A stretch of DNA of 64,000 bases, taken from positions 14,264 to 78,263 of the forward strand of contig CAVUJY010000017.1 of the NCBI GenBank assembly GCA_963741935.1. The letters are read 5' to 3'. Positions within the stretch are counted from its first letter, which is position 1. Every line of letters begins with the position of its first letter. Under the pieces are notes generated by a model that did not search any database, was not told where the DNA came from, and worked only from the letters and a program-made list of their open reading frames with translations. The stretch comes from an uncultured Bacteroidales bacterium (GTDB taxonomy: Bacteria > Bacteroidota > Bacteroidia > Bacteroidales > VadinHA17). A program made the translations under genes and the position numbers. This document shows positions 10,555-20,374 of the stretch, piece after piece.

Positions 10555-11478
10555 ATGAGAAGAAGAGACTTTCTTAAATCATCGGTTGGAGCTGGTCTGG
10601 CAGCTGGTGCTGCTTTGAGCTTTGGAGGATATGAAAAACTATGGGCTTCATCACCTGCTGCTGCTAAATATGACATGGTTGCTATAATGGGTGGAAACCC
10701 TGATGCTATGTTTGATCTTGGCTATACAGGAGTTTGGAGGAATGGGAACCTTTGTTCAGAAGGGCCAGAAGGTTCTTGATTAAACCGAATATTGGATGGG
10801 ATGTGATTCCTGAGCTCGCTGCTAATACTAATCCTTTGCTCGTTAAACGGATTATTGAGCATTGCTTTAAGGCCGGAGCCAAAGAGGTTTATGTGTTTGA
10901 TCATACATGCGATAACTGGGTTAACTGCTATAAAAATTCAGGAATAGAAAAAGCTGCAAAATCTGCCGGAGCAAAAGTTGTTTCAGGAAATTCGGAAAGT
11001 TATTATCAGCAGATAGAAATTCCGGGAGGCAAAAGACTTCAAAGTGCTAAGGTTCATGAGTTACTTCTTGAAACAGATGTATTTATAAATGTACCTATTC
11101 TTAAGGATCATAGTTCTACAAAAATGACATGTTGTCTGAAAAACAATATGGGACTAGTCTGGGACAGGGGATACTGGCACTCAAATGACCTGAATCAGTG
11201 TATTGCTGATTTTGCCTTGTATGAAAAGAAGCCGGCCTTAAATGTTATTGACTGTTATAACGTTATGGTTAACACATGGTCCTCAGGGTGTTTCAAAAGA
11301 GGATGTGGTTACAATGAAGTCACAGATATTAACCACTGACTGGGTTGCCGGCGATGCAGCTGCTGCTAAAATGCTGAACAGGCCAATTGAGAATGTTGAA
11401 TATATTCCAATTGCTCATAAAATGGGGTTAGGAAACATGAACCTCGAATCTCTGAATATTAAAAGAATAAAAATGTAA
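10555..11478 (+). pseudogene. Tat-signal DUF362 domain protein, with two frame breaks as assembled.
   Basis: MRRRDFLKSSVGAGLAAGAALS is a twin-arginine signal. Fragments 10555..10779, 10734..11339 and 11242..11478 join as ..KVLIKPNIGWDV..NPLLVKRIIEHCFKAGAKEVYVFDHTCDNW..TDVFINVPILKDHSSTKMTCCLKNNMGLVWDRGYWH..VIDCYNVMV..GPQGVSKEDVVTMKSQILTTDWVAGDAAAAKML.. Confidence 0.75.
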
Positions 11479-11484
11479 TTTCTG

Positions 11485-13044
11485 ATGAAATCACCATTAT
11501 TGAGAAGATTCCGAATTATATTTTCAACAATCATATTCATCTGTTTTTTTCTGGTTTTTATTGATTTCAGATCCTATATACCTACCGGCGATATCAATAT
11601 TCTTTTGTATTTACAGTTTATTCCCTCTGTCATAAAGTTCGCTGATCTAAGAACAATTGCCGCAGCAGGCTTTTTATTTGTATTGGTACTTACTTTGCTT
11701 ACCGGACGTACCTATTGCTCTTTTTTATGTCCACTCGGTATCGGGCAGGACATTTTTAGCCGGATTGGCGGACGATTTAAGAAAAAATTCAGAAGGTATG
11801 GCTATAAAAAACCTTTCACCATATTAAGGTATTCAATTTTAGCTATAACCCTTATTGTTACAATGCTATGGGGTATGTATATGGTCATATTACTTGATCC
11901 GTATAGTATTTTTGGAAGGTTCATGACCTATTTTGCCAAGCCTTCAGTATTATACCTGAATAATTTTCTTTCAGGTATTCTTGGAAAGTTTGATATTTAT
12001 ACTCTTAGTAATGTTCCGATTAAAGGTTATCCTCTGATTGCCTATTCCATTCCGGCAGCATTCTTTGTACTTGTTGGTGTTCTTTCTTTTACCAGAGGGC
12101 GTCTGTATTGTAATACTGTATGCCCTGTCGGAACCTTTTTCGGACTCCTCTCGAAAGTATCTCTCCTCAGAATAAAATTTGATGAAACAAAATGTACGCG
12201 TTGTGGCAGATGTTCAATGAAATGTAAGTCCTCCTGCATCGATTTTCTGAATCACGATGTAGATGTCACCCGATGTGTGGATTGTTTTAACTGCATTTCT
12301 ACATGCCAGGATAAGGCACTGTCATATGGTCTTGTTAAGATTAAGAAGAAAGGTCATGAGACTGATGAAAGCAGACGGAGAATTGTTGCAGGGTCTCTGT
12401 TACTGATGTTCGGATTATCACGGACAGCAAATGCCCAGAACACAACAGCCCCAAAACCTAAAAAAGATTCCACAGTAAAAGAGACAAAGACTTCTCCTGT
12501 ATGCCCGCCGGGAGGAAACTCAATTGCTGATTTTAATAAAAACTGTACTTCCTGTTCATTATGCATTAATGCCTGCCCGAATGGCGTACTTCAGCCTGCC
12601 TTTAAACAATATGGCCTTATTGGAATGATGCAACCGGTTATGGATTATCATAAAAGCTTTTGCACATATAATTGTACTATATGTACTGAGATATGCCCCA
12701 CAAATGCATTACATCCGCTGGTACTGGAAGCCAAGAAACTGACCCAGATAGGTAAAGCAAAGTTTATCAAGGATAACTGCATTGTAAAAACAGAAAAAAC
12801 AGCGTGTGGTGCATGTTCGGAGAGTTGTCCTACAAAAGCGGTACATATGGTACCATATGAAGGAAACCTTGTTATTCCTGAAACTAAAGACGATATATGT
12901 ATCGGATGCGGCCATTGTGAATATGCCTGTCCGACAGTTCCCTATAAAGCAATTTATGTTGATGGCAATCCTGTTCATCTGGCAGCAAAAAAGCCTGAGA
13001 ATGAACAATCTGATGTAAAAAGGCCTGTGGAATTCCCATTCTAG
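11485..13044 (+). CDS. Integral-membrane polyferredoxin (NapH/MauN-like N-terminal half plus multiple 4Fe-4S ferredoxin motifs).
   Basis: Intact 519 aa, starting 6 nt after the DUF362 stop. Several TM segments carry CxxxCP motifs (YCSFLCPLG, YCNTVCPVG). Six CxxCxxC(xxx)C(P)-type motifs follow: [64 protein letters not shown]. Confidence 0.75.
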   Translation: MKSPLLRRFRIIFSTIIFICFFLVFIDFRSYIPTGDINILLYLQFIPSVIKFADLRTIAAAGFLFVLVLTLLTGRTYCSFLCPLGIGQDIFSRIGGRFKKKFRRYGYKKPFTILRYSILAITLIVTMLWGMYMVILLDPYSIFGRFMTYFAKPSVLYLNNFLSGILGKFDIYTLSNVPIKGYPLIAYSIPAAFFVLVGVLSFTRGRLYCNTVCPVGTFFGLLSKVSLLRIKFDETKCTRCGRCSMKCKSSCIDFLNHDVDVTRCVDCFNCISTCQDKALSYGLVKIKKKGHETDESRRRIVAGSLLLMFGLSRTANAQNTTAPKPKKDSTVKETKTSPVCPPGGNSIADFNKNCTSCSLCINACPNGVLQPAFKQYGLIGMMQPVMDYHKSFCTYNCTICTEICPTNALHPLVLEAKKLTQIGKAKFIKDNCIVKTEKTACGACSESCPTKAVHMVPYEGNLVIPETKDDICIGCGHCEYACPTVPYKAIYVDGNPVHLAAKKPENEQSDVKRPVEFPF

Positions 13045-13127
13045 AAGTATCTTATTTCAATATTTTTATTCAGGATAAAAATTTCTGAAAACATGATAAT
13101 TATCGCTTCATGATCCTGCCAATAAGC

Positions 13128-13135
13128 TAATTTTG
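13128..13135 (+). promoter_or_regulatory. Candidate Bacteroidota -7 promoter element (TAnnTTTG) ahead of the mce-mmd array.
   Basis: taattttg matches TAnnTTTG and ends 23 nt upstream of the mce ATG. No clear -33 TTTG was seen, so this is a weak motif-only call. Confidence 0.3.
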
Positions 13136-13158
13136 TTGACTGAAACTAACTTATTGGA

Positions 13159-13581
13159 ATGAAACCATCACATATTGAACACATTGGAATAGCAGTAAAT
13201 AACCTTGAAAAAGCCATCAGTTTTTATGAGAAGGTGCTTGGTCTTACATGCTATAATATTGAAGAAGTACCTGAACAAAAAGTAAGGACTGCCTTTTTTC
13301 TGGTAGGACAGACAAAGATTGAGTTACTCGAATCAACCGATCCGGAAGGTCCGATTGGAAAATTTATTTCAAAAAGAGGAGAGGGGATACATCATATTGC
13401 TTTTGCTGTTGAAGAGATTGAAGATAAGCTGGCTCATGCTGAAAAAGAAGGGGTGAAACTTATTGATCGTGTTCCCAGGAAAGGTGCTGAGGGTCTTGAT
13501 ATTGCTTTTCTTCACCCTGCTACAACATCAGGTGTGCTTATTGAGCTATGCGAAAATAAAAAAGGTAATTCTGAAAAGTAA
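13159..13581 (+). CDS. mce: Methylmalonyl-CoA epimerase (VOC/glyoxalase fold).
   Basis: Intact 140 aa. [58 protein letters not shown]. Lies directly upstream of the carboxyltransferase. Confidence 0.85.
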   Translation: MKPSHIEHIGIAVNNLEKAISFYEKVLGLTCYNIEEVPEQKVRTAFFLVGQTKIELLESTDPEGPIGKFISKRGEGIHHIAFAVEEIEDKLAHAEKEGVKLIDRVPRKGAEGLDIAFLHPATTSGVLIELCENKKGNSEK

Positions 13582-13585
13582 GTTT

Positions 13586-15146
13586 ATGGAAAGTCAGGAA
13601 AAGGTCCGAAAGTTAATTGATCTTCGCGAAAAAGCCCGGCAGGGCGGTGGAGAAAAACGGACAGATGATCAGCATGCAAAAGGAAAAATGACTGCAAGGG
13701 AAAGAATTATCATTCTCCTTGACGAAGGCAGTTTTGAAGAGTTTGATATGTTTGTAACTCATCGTACAGATGACTTCGGACTTAAAGACAAAAAGTATCT
13801 GTCAGATGGTGTTGTGACCGGACATGGTACAATAGATGGGAGAGTTGTTTATGTTTTTGCCCAGGACTTTACAATTTTTGGTGGCTCACTGTCTGAGACA
13901 TTTGCACTTAAGATATGTAAAGTGATGGATCAGGCAATGAAGGTCGGAGCTCCGGTTATTGGAATTAATGACAGCGGTGGGGCCCGTATCCAGGAAGGTG
14001 TAAGAAGTCTTGCCGGCTATGCTGAGATATTTGAGCGCAATATTCTTGCGTCGGGTGTCATACCTCAGATATCAGCAATTTTCGGTCCCTGTGCCGGAGG
14101 AGCTGTTTATTCACCAGCTCTCACTGACTTTATTATAATGAGTGAGAAAAGCAGTTATATGTTTGTAACAGGGCCCAAGGTTACAAAAACGGTAACAGGA
14201 GAAGAGATATCTACAGAAAATCTTGGTGGATCGGAGGTTCATGGAACTAAATCGGGCGTTGCTCATTTCATAGCTGAAGATGAGGAAGAGGGATTGATGC
14301 TTATAAGAAAATTATTAAGCTATCTGCCTCAGAACAACCTTGAGGAGCCACCTCTGATCGATTGCAGTGATCCAATTGAACGTAAAGCTGAAGAACTGAA
14401 TTCCATTATCCCTGAAAATACTAATCAGCCTTATGATATAAAAGATGTTATCTATCATATCGTAGACAATAGTGAATTTCTTGAGATTCATTCTGCCTAT
14501 GCGAGAAATATAGTAGTCGGTTTTGCCCGGATGGGGGGTATGCCAGTAGGCATTGTAGCAAACCAGCCTATATTTCTTGCCGGCGTACTTGATATTGACG
14601 CTTCCAGAAAAGCTGCCAGATTTATCAGGTTCTGTGATGCCTTTAATATCCCAATAGTTACTCTGGTTGATGTTCCTGGATTTCTTCCGGGCAGCAGACA
14701 GGAGTATGGTGGCATAATTGTGCATGGTGCAAAACTTATGTTTGCTTATGGTGAAGCAACAGTTCCAAAGATAACAGTCACATTACGAAAATCTTACGGG
14801 GGAGCTCATTGTGTTATGTCCTCGAAGCAGCTTCATGGTGATGTTAATTATGCATGGCCATCCGCAGAAATCGCTGTTATGGGGCCATCGGGAGCGGTTG
14901 AAATTCTTGAGGGTAAGATATATCGGGGATATTTCAGACCCTGATGAAAAGGCTAAATTCATTTCAGAGAAAGAGTCGGAATATCGTGAAAAATTTGCAA
15001 ATCCTTATGAGGCAGCACGATATGGCTACATTGATGACATAATTGAACCACAGAATACGCGATTCAGGGTAATACGGGCACTGCGTACAATTGCTACAAA
15101 AAAGGATCCTGGCCCAATGAAAAAGCATTCCAATATTCCTCTTTAA
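13586..15146 (+). pseudogene. mmdA: Methylmalonyl-CoA decarboxylase alpha subunit / acyl-CoA carboxyltransferase, with one frame break near 14930.
   Basis: ATG 13586: [76 protein letters not shown]... It continues in fragment 14811..15146 (..EKFANPYEAARYGYIDDIIEPQNTR..). Confidence 0.85.
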
Positions 15147-15158
15147 TATCTGATTATT

Positions 15159-15521
15159 ATGTCTCCGACATTTTCAATTATTGACTTTTCAGCTGTAGAT
15201 AAATCGGCAGTGACTATAGTGTTTGTAGGACTGACGATTGTTTTCTCCGTATTAATTACAATATATCTGTTTTTCAGGTATTTATTGCCTGTTTTTCTTA
15301 GGATGACTTTAAAGAGAAAAGCTAAAAAACAAGGATTTCCCGAACCTTCTGAAAACCTGCTTAATGTTCCGGGCGATGTTAGTGCAGCAATTGGAATGGC
15401 ATTATATCTTCATTTTAATGAAGCACATGATGAGGAAAGTAATATAATAACAATAAAAAGAGTATCAAGAACATACTCTCCATGGAGTTCTAAACTATAC
15501 AGCATGAGAAATCTGAAATAA
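15159..15521 (+). CDS. OadG/MmdD-type small membrane subunit of the sodium-pumping decarboxylase.
   Basis: 120 aa with a single N-terminal TM (VTIVFVGLTIVFSVLITIYLFF). The call rests on its position between the carboxyltransferase and the biotin carrier. Confidence 0.55.
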   Translation: MSPTFSIIDFSAVDKSAVTIVFVGLTIVFSVLITIYLFFRYLLPVFLRMTLKRKAKKQGFPEPSENLLNVPGDVSAAIGMALYLHFNEAHDEESNIITIKRVSRTYSPWSSKLYSMRNLK

Positions 15522-15574
15522 ATCACTGAAAGTTTCAGTTGCAGCGAAATTTGGATAACCGGATATTTTAAGAA

Positions 15575-15994
15575 ATGAAAAACTATAAGTTTACAATTCA
15601 CGGTACTCAGTATGAGGTCGATATTCTTTCTATAGAGAGCAATGTCGCTCAAATTGAAGTTAATGGTACTCCTTATACTGTTGAGATACAAAGAGAAGTA
15701 AAACAAATTAAAACCCCGACTATCGTGCGGTCAGCTGTAAAGGATCCCCATCAGGAGATTGAGAAAAAATCAGGAGGACCAAAAACTGAGATCAAGTCAC
15801 CACTGCCAGGTGTTATTCTTACTATCCATGTTAAGCCCGGCGATAGTGTAAAGAAGAATCAGAAACTGTTCATTCTTGAAGCAATGAAGATGGAGAATGA
15901 AATTAAAGCTGATCGTGACGGGATAATAGCAAAAATTAGTGTCATTCCCGGGCAGTCTGTACTGCAGGAGGAAGTGGTAATGGAAATGAACTAG
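15575..15994 (+). CDS. Biotin carboxyl carrier subunit (MmdC-like).
   Basis: 139 aa with a biotinyl-lysine motif, LEAMKMENEI, inside a biotin/lipoyl-attachment-type C-terminal domain. Confidence 0.8.
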   Translation: MKNYKFTIHGTQYEVDILSIESNVAQIEVNGTPYTVEIQREVKQIKTPTIVRSAVKDPHQEIEKKSGGPKTEIKSPLPGVILTIHVKPGDSVKKNQKLFILEAMKMENEIKADRDGIIAKISVIPGQSVLQEEVVMEMN

Positions 15995-15996
15995 TT

Positions 15997-17350
15997 ATGG
16001 AGACCAGGAAACTTTTCACTGTTTTAGGAATATTGATAGTATTATCAATAACCTGGACAGCTTTTGTTAAGCCTGAGAAAGAACGGGCTGCCCAATTCAG
16101 TAATATGGTTACAACCATCACGGCAAGCCAGGGAAAACAAATAGATCAAAACATTGAAAAGCCTGATGCAATGACAGGAATCAGACAATTCTGGTCCTAC
16201 ACAGGCTTCAGAAACTTAACAACCGGTCATATTGCAATGTTGGTGATAGGTCTTGTATTTATATTTCTTGCAATAAAATATGAATATGAACCCTTGCTGC
16301 TGGTCCCGATTGGTACCGGTATTCTTATAGGAAATATTCCTTTTTTTCAGGATGGAGATGTGAATCTTCAGATTGGAGTATATCAACAGGGAAGTGTACT
16401 TAATTACCTGTATTTTGGTGTGCTGAAGGGAGTTTATCCGCCATCTGATCTTCCTGGGTCTGGGCGCAATGACTGATTTTTCATCACTGATATCAAACCC
16501 AAGGCTGATGCTGCTTGGTGCAGCTGCCCAGATAGGAATATTTATTACTTTTATAGGGGCCCTGATACTTGGATTTTATCCCCAGGAAGCTGCAGCCATC
16601 GGTATTATTGGAGGAGCAGATGGTCCAACTGCCATATTTCTCTCATCAAAGCTTGCGAATGGAATAAATATTCTTCCCGATGGTAATACTGTGAAAAACC
16701 TGATCGGTCCCATCGCTATCGCTGCCTATTCTTATATGGCTCTTGTACCTGTTATTCAGCCACCGGTAATGAGACTTCTTACAACAATGGATGAGAGAAA
16801 AATAAGAATGAAACCTCCAAGAGCTGTTTCAAAAGTGGAAAAAATGCTGTTCCCGATAATAGGATTATTAATCACTCTATTTATAACTCCAAGCGCCCTT
16901 CCTTTACTTGGGATGTTGTTTTTTGGGAACCTTCTTCGGGAATCAGGAGTGACCAGGCGTCTTGCTGAGACTGCCAGAACTTCCCTGATTGATATAGTTA
17001 CAATACTTATAGGGCTAACAGTAGGAGCTTCCACCCAGGCTGATGTGTTTCTTACACCCAGTTCGATACTTATTTTTGCACTCGGAGCATTCTCATTTGT
17101 TTTCGCTACTGCCGGAGGCATAATGTTTGCCAAATTCATGAACCTGTTCCTTAGTTCTGAAAATAAAATTAACCCTCTTATAGGTTCTGCCGGAGTCTCG
17201 GCGGTGCCTGACAGCGCAAGGGTATCGCAGATTGAAGGATTAAAAGCTGATCCTACAAATCACTTGCTGATGCATGCCATGACTCCAAATATTTCAGGGG
17301 TTATAGGATCTGCAGTAGCTGCAGGAATACTTTTGGGTTTTCTTGGATAA
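15997..17350 (+). pseudogene. mmdB: Sodium-translocating decarboxylase beta subunit (OadB/MmdB family), with one frame break near 16445-16470.
   Basis: Fragments 15997..16476 and 16469..17350. ..LLLVPIGTGILIGNIP.. then [56 protein letters not shown].. Confidence 0.85.
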
Positions 17351-17391
17351 AAATCTGTAATTTTGTTATTATTTATTAATTGGAAGCAAAA

Positions 17392-18623
17392 ATGAAACCA
17401 ACAGTAGCAGCTTCAGGAAACTCCGGACCTAAGGTAAGATCAGATTGCGAAGTTGCTCTTGAACTAAGTGGCGCAGGGAGGATTATCTATAGATCTTGTC
17501 TCTAAAGTGAAGGTACTATATGGTGAATCTATAAAAACTCTTGTTTCAGAGGTGCTTGGCCATTTCGGCGTTAAGAATGCAATTGTAAAGATTAACGACA
17601 GCGGGGCACTTCCTTTTGTAATTGCAGCAAGGACAGAGGCTGCTGTTAAGCAACTTATAAAGACAGATATTGAATATTTGCCTGATTTTCTGCCTGAAAA
17701 TGGTTATGCGACAGCACGTTCCCGTTTCCGTTTTTCGCGCTTATATCTGCCGGGTAACAATCCTTCGCTAATGATAAATGCCGGACTGCATTCCGCTGAT
17801 GGTATAATTCTCGATCTTGAAGACTCAGTTGCACCTGAAAAGAAGGATGAAGCACGTATTCTTGTCAGGAATGCTCTCCGCCAGATAGATTTCTTTGGAG
17901 CTGAGAGAATGGTCAGGATAAACCAGGGAGACAGAGGCATAGAGGATTTGCGTTTTCTGCTTCCACACAATGTAAATCTGATTCTTTTGCCCAAATGCGA
18001 AAGTGCAGCTATATATAAACCAGGTAGATAAAGAGATTAAAATTCTCAGAGAGAAATTTAATCTTAAAAACCCGGTTTACCTTATGCCCATAATAGAATC
18101 AGCACTGGGAGTTGAAAACTCATTTGAGATTGCCCGATCCTCAGAAAATATTGTTGCTATTGCTATTGGTCTTGAGGATTACACTTCTGATCTTGGTGTA
18201 CCACGTACAACTGAAGGAAAAGAATCATTTTATGCGCGTACCAGACTTGTTGTAGCCGCTAAAGCAGCAGGCATTCAACCTATTGATTCTGTTTTTTCGG
18301 ATGTCGGAGATATGGAAGGCCTGAAGAAAAATGTTCTTGACTCCAAAGCATTAGGGTTTGAAGGTATGGGTTGCATACATCCCCGGCAGATCAGAATAAT
18401 TCAGGATGGTTACGCCCCTGATGAACAGGAAATAGAAAAATCAAAAACGATAGTACATGCTTTTAAGTCTGCAAAGCTTTCAGGCCTGGGTGTAGTAGCT
18501 ATAGGATCAAAGATGATTGATCCTCCTGTTGTGGCCAGGGCGCAGAAAACAATCGATCTTGCAATCAGCCTGGGACTACTGAACGATAATTGGGCCGGGG
18601 AGGAAATATCAGATATTAAATAG
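17392..18623 (+). pseudogene. citE: Citrate lyase acyl-carrier (CitD-like) domain fused to the citryl-CoA lyase beta subunit (CitE), with two frame breaks as assembled.
   Basis: ATG 17392 gives MKPTVAASGNSGPKVRSDCEVALE.., a CitD-like N-terminus with candidate prosthetic-group Ser. It continues in 17468..18031 (..VKINDSGALPFVIAARTEAAV.. then ..SRLYLPGNNPSLMINAGLHSADGIILDLEDSVAP..) and 18003..18623 (..IIESALGVEN..AIGLEDYTSDLG..GMGCIHPRQI..). Confidence 0.75.
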
Positions 18624-18641
18624 GTATTAAAAAAGAGTAAT

Positions 18642-20207
18642 ATGGCCGTCAAGACTATAATAAATGCTGCAGGCAGAGCAATACCAGCAGAGATAAACGG
18701 GCAGCAGGTAATACCTTTTAAGGGAGTTGGCAGGCACAGGCCCATAGGAAGGAAATATGCTCCTCCTATTCCCACATGCGCTGATTATCCTGATGACGGC
18801 AATAAGGTGGTCAGCTCACTTGAGGAGGCTCTCAGGCTTTGCGGCCTGAAAGACGGGATGACCATTTCAACACATCATCATCTTAGAGACGGCGATCTTA
18901 TCAGCAATAAAGTCTTTGAACTGGCTTCCGGTATGGGAGTGAAGGATCTTGTGTGGTTTCCTTCAGCATCATTTCCCTGTAATGATATCTTAATAAAATA
19001 CCTGGAAGATGGTACCATAAATCGCATAGAAGGAAGCATGAACGGTCCTCTCGGACGGTTTGTATCTGAAGGAAGAATGAAGGGTACAGCTGTTCTGAGA
19101 TCGCATGGAGGCCGTGTTCAGGCTATGCAGGACGGCGAAGTAAAGATCGATATAGCCATTCTGGCTGCGCCGACAGCTGATTCATTTGGAAATGCAAAGG
19201 GAACAGGAGGTACATCAGCCTGTGGAGTAATTGGTTACGGAAAAGCTGATTCAATGTTTGCCCATAAGGTTATTATTATTACCGATAATCTTGTGGATAT
19301 GCCTTGCTTCCCGATGGAGATAGAGGGGAATTATGTCGACTATGTTGTTGTAACTGATAAAATAGGGATTCCGGAAAAGATAGTCTCCGGGACAACTCAG
19401 ATAACTAAAAGCCCTGACAGACTGTTGATTGCAGACCTGACAGCAAGATTCCTTGAAAAATCAGGCATACTTAAAGATAATGTTACCATGCAGGCTGGTG
19501 CCGGCGGGACTTCACTTGCAATAGCGGTATTTGTTCAGGAGATTCTCCGCAATAAAGGCTGGAAATCAAAATTTGGTTTTGGAGGAAGCACAAGATATAT
19601 GGTTGACATGCTTGAGAAAGGTCAGATGGGATATATTCTTGATGCCCAGGCATTCGATCTGGATGCAGTGGCTTCTGTCGAGAACAATCCCAATCATATA
19701 CCATATCCTGTTTATAATGCCTATAACTATCATTCAAAAGGTAACCTCACCAGTTTGATGGACATTATGATACTTGGAGCCACTGAAGTAGATCTCAACT
19801 TTAACGGGAATGTTGTTACTCATTCCGACGGATATCTCCTTCATGGAATAGGTGGATGGCAGAACTGCCTTCATGCCCGTAATGTTATTTTGCCGATCCC
19901 TTTGTTCCGCGATCGTATTCCTGTTATTGTTGATGAAGTGACAACACTTTGCGGACCGGGAGAATTAATAGATGTAATAATAACCGAAAGAGGTATTGCA
20001 ATAAATCCGTTGCGACAGGATCTGATCGACAGTCTGGAGGGTAGTGGACTTCCTCTTCGCACAATTAAAGAACTTAAGGAAGAAGCTGAGAAGATATGTG
20101 GAAAACCACAGAAAGCAAAATTCGATGAAGATATTGTTGCAGCTGTTAAGTGGGTCGATGGTACAGTGATTGATGTAATCAGGAAAATAAAAATGGAAAA
20201 AAAGTAA
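18642..20207 (+). CDS. citF: Citrate lyase alpha subunit (citrate CoA-transferase).
   Basis: Intact 521 aa. ..[17 protein letters not shown].., ..[11 protein letters not shown].., ..[17 protein letters not shown].. Follows citDE by 18 nt. Confidence 0.85.
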   Translation: MAVKTIINAAGRAIPAEINGQQVIPFKGVGRHRPIGRKYAPPIPTCADYPDDGNKVVSSLEEALRLCGLKDGMTISTHHHLRDGDLISNKVFELASGMGVKDLVWFPSASFPCNDILIKYLEDGTINRIEGSMNGPLGRFVSEGRMKGTAVLRSHGGRVQAMQDGEVKIDIAILAAPTADSFGNAKGTGGTSACGVIGYGKADSMFAHKVIIITDNLVDMPCFPMEIEGNYVDYVVVTDKIGIPEKIVSGTTQITKSPDRLLIADLTARFLEKSGILKDNVTMQAGAGGTSLAIAVFVQEILRNKGWKSKFGFGGSTRYMVDMLEKGQMGYILDAQAFDLDAVASVENNPNHIPYPVYNAYNYHSKGNLTSLMDIMILGATEVDLNFNGNVVTHSDGYLLHGIGGWQNCLHARNVILPIPLFRDRIPVIVDEVTTLCGPGELIDVIITERGIAINPLRQDLIDSLEGSGLPLRTIKELKEEAEKICGKPQKAKFDEDIVAAVKWVDGTVIDVIRKIKMEKK

Positions 20208-20208
20208 T

Positions 20209-20370
20209 ATGGAAAGTTATAAATGTACAGTATGTGGTTATCTCTACATCCCTGAAGACGGAGACCCTCTGGGTGGAATCGAACCTGGAACTCCTTTTAG
20301 TGATTTGCCTGACGACTATATATGTCCCGTTTGCGGAGCCGGAAAGAATGAGTTTGAGATTTATGATTAA
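20209..20370 (+). CDS. Rubredoxin (53 aa). It is absent from the supplied ORF track because it is shorter than 60 aa.
   Basis: [53 protein letters not shown] has two CxxCG knuckles at canonical spacing. The ATG lies 1 nt after the citF stop. Confidence 0.8.
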   Translation: MESYKCTVCGYLYIPEDGDPLGGIEPGTPFSDLPDDYICPVCGAGKNEFEIYD

Positions 20371-20374
20371 CAGT

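Noticed and set aside
13586-17350. Calling the pump next to citrate lyase an oxaloacetate decarboxylase (OadGAB).
   Set aside because: The catalytic subunit is an acyl-CoA carboxyltransferase of the MmdA/PccB type with a separate biotin carrier, preceded by methylmalonyl-CoA epimerase. It is not an OadA-type protein. Methylmalonyl-CoA decarboxylase is the better call.
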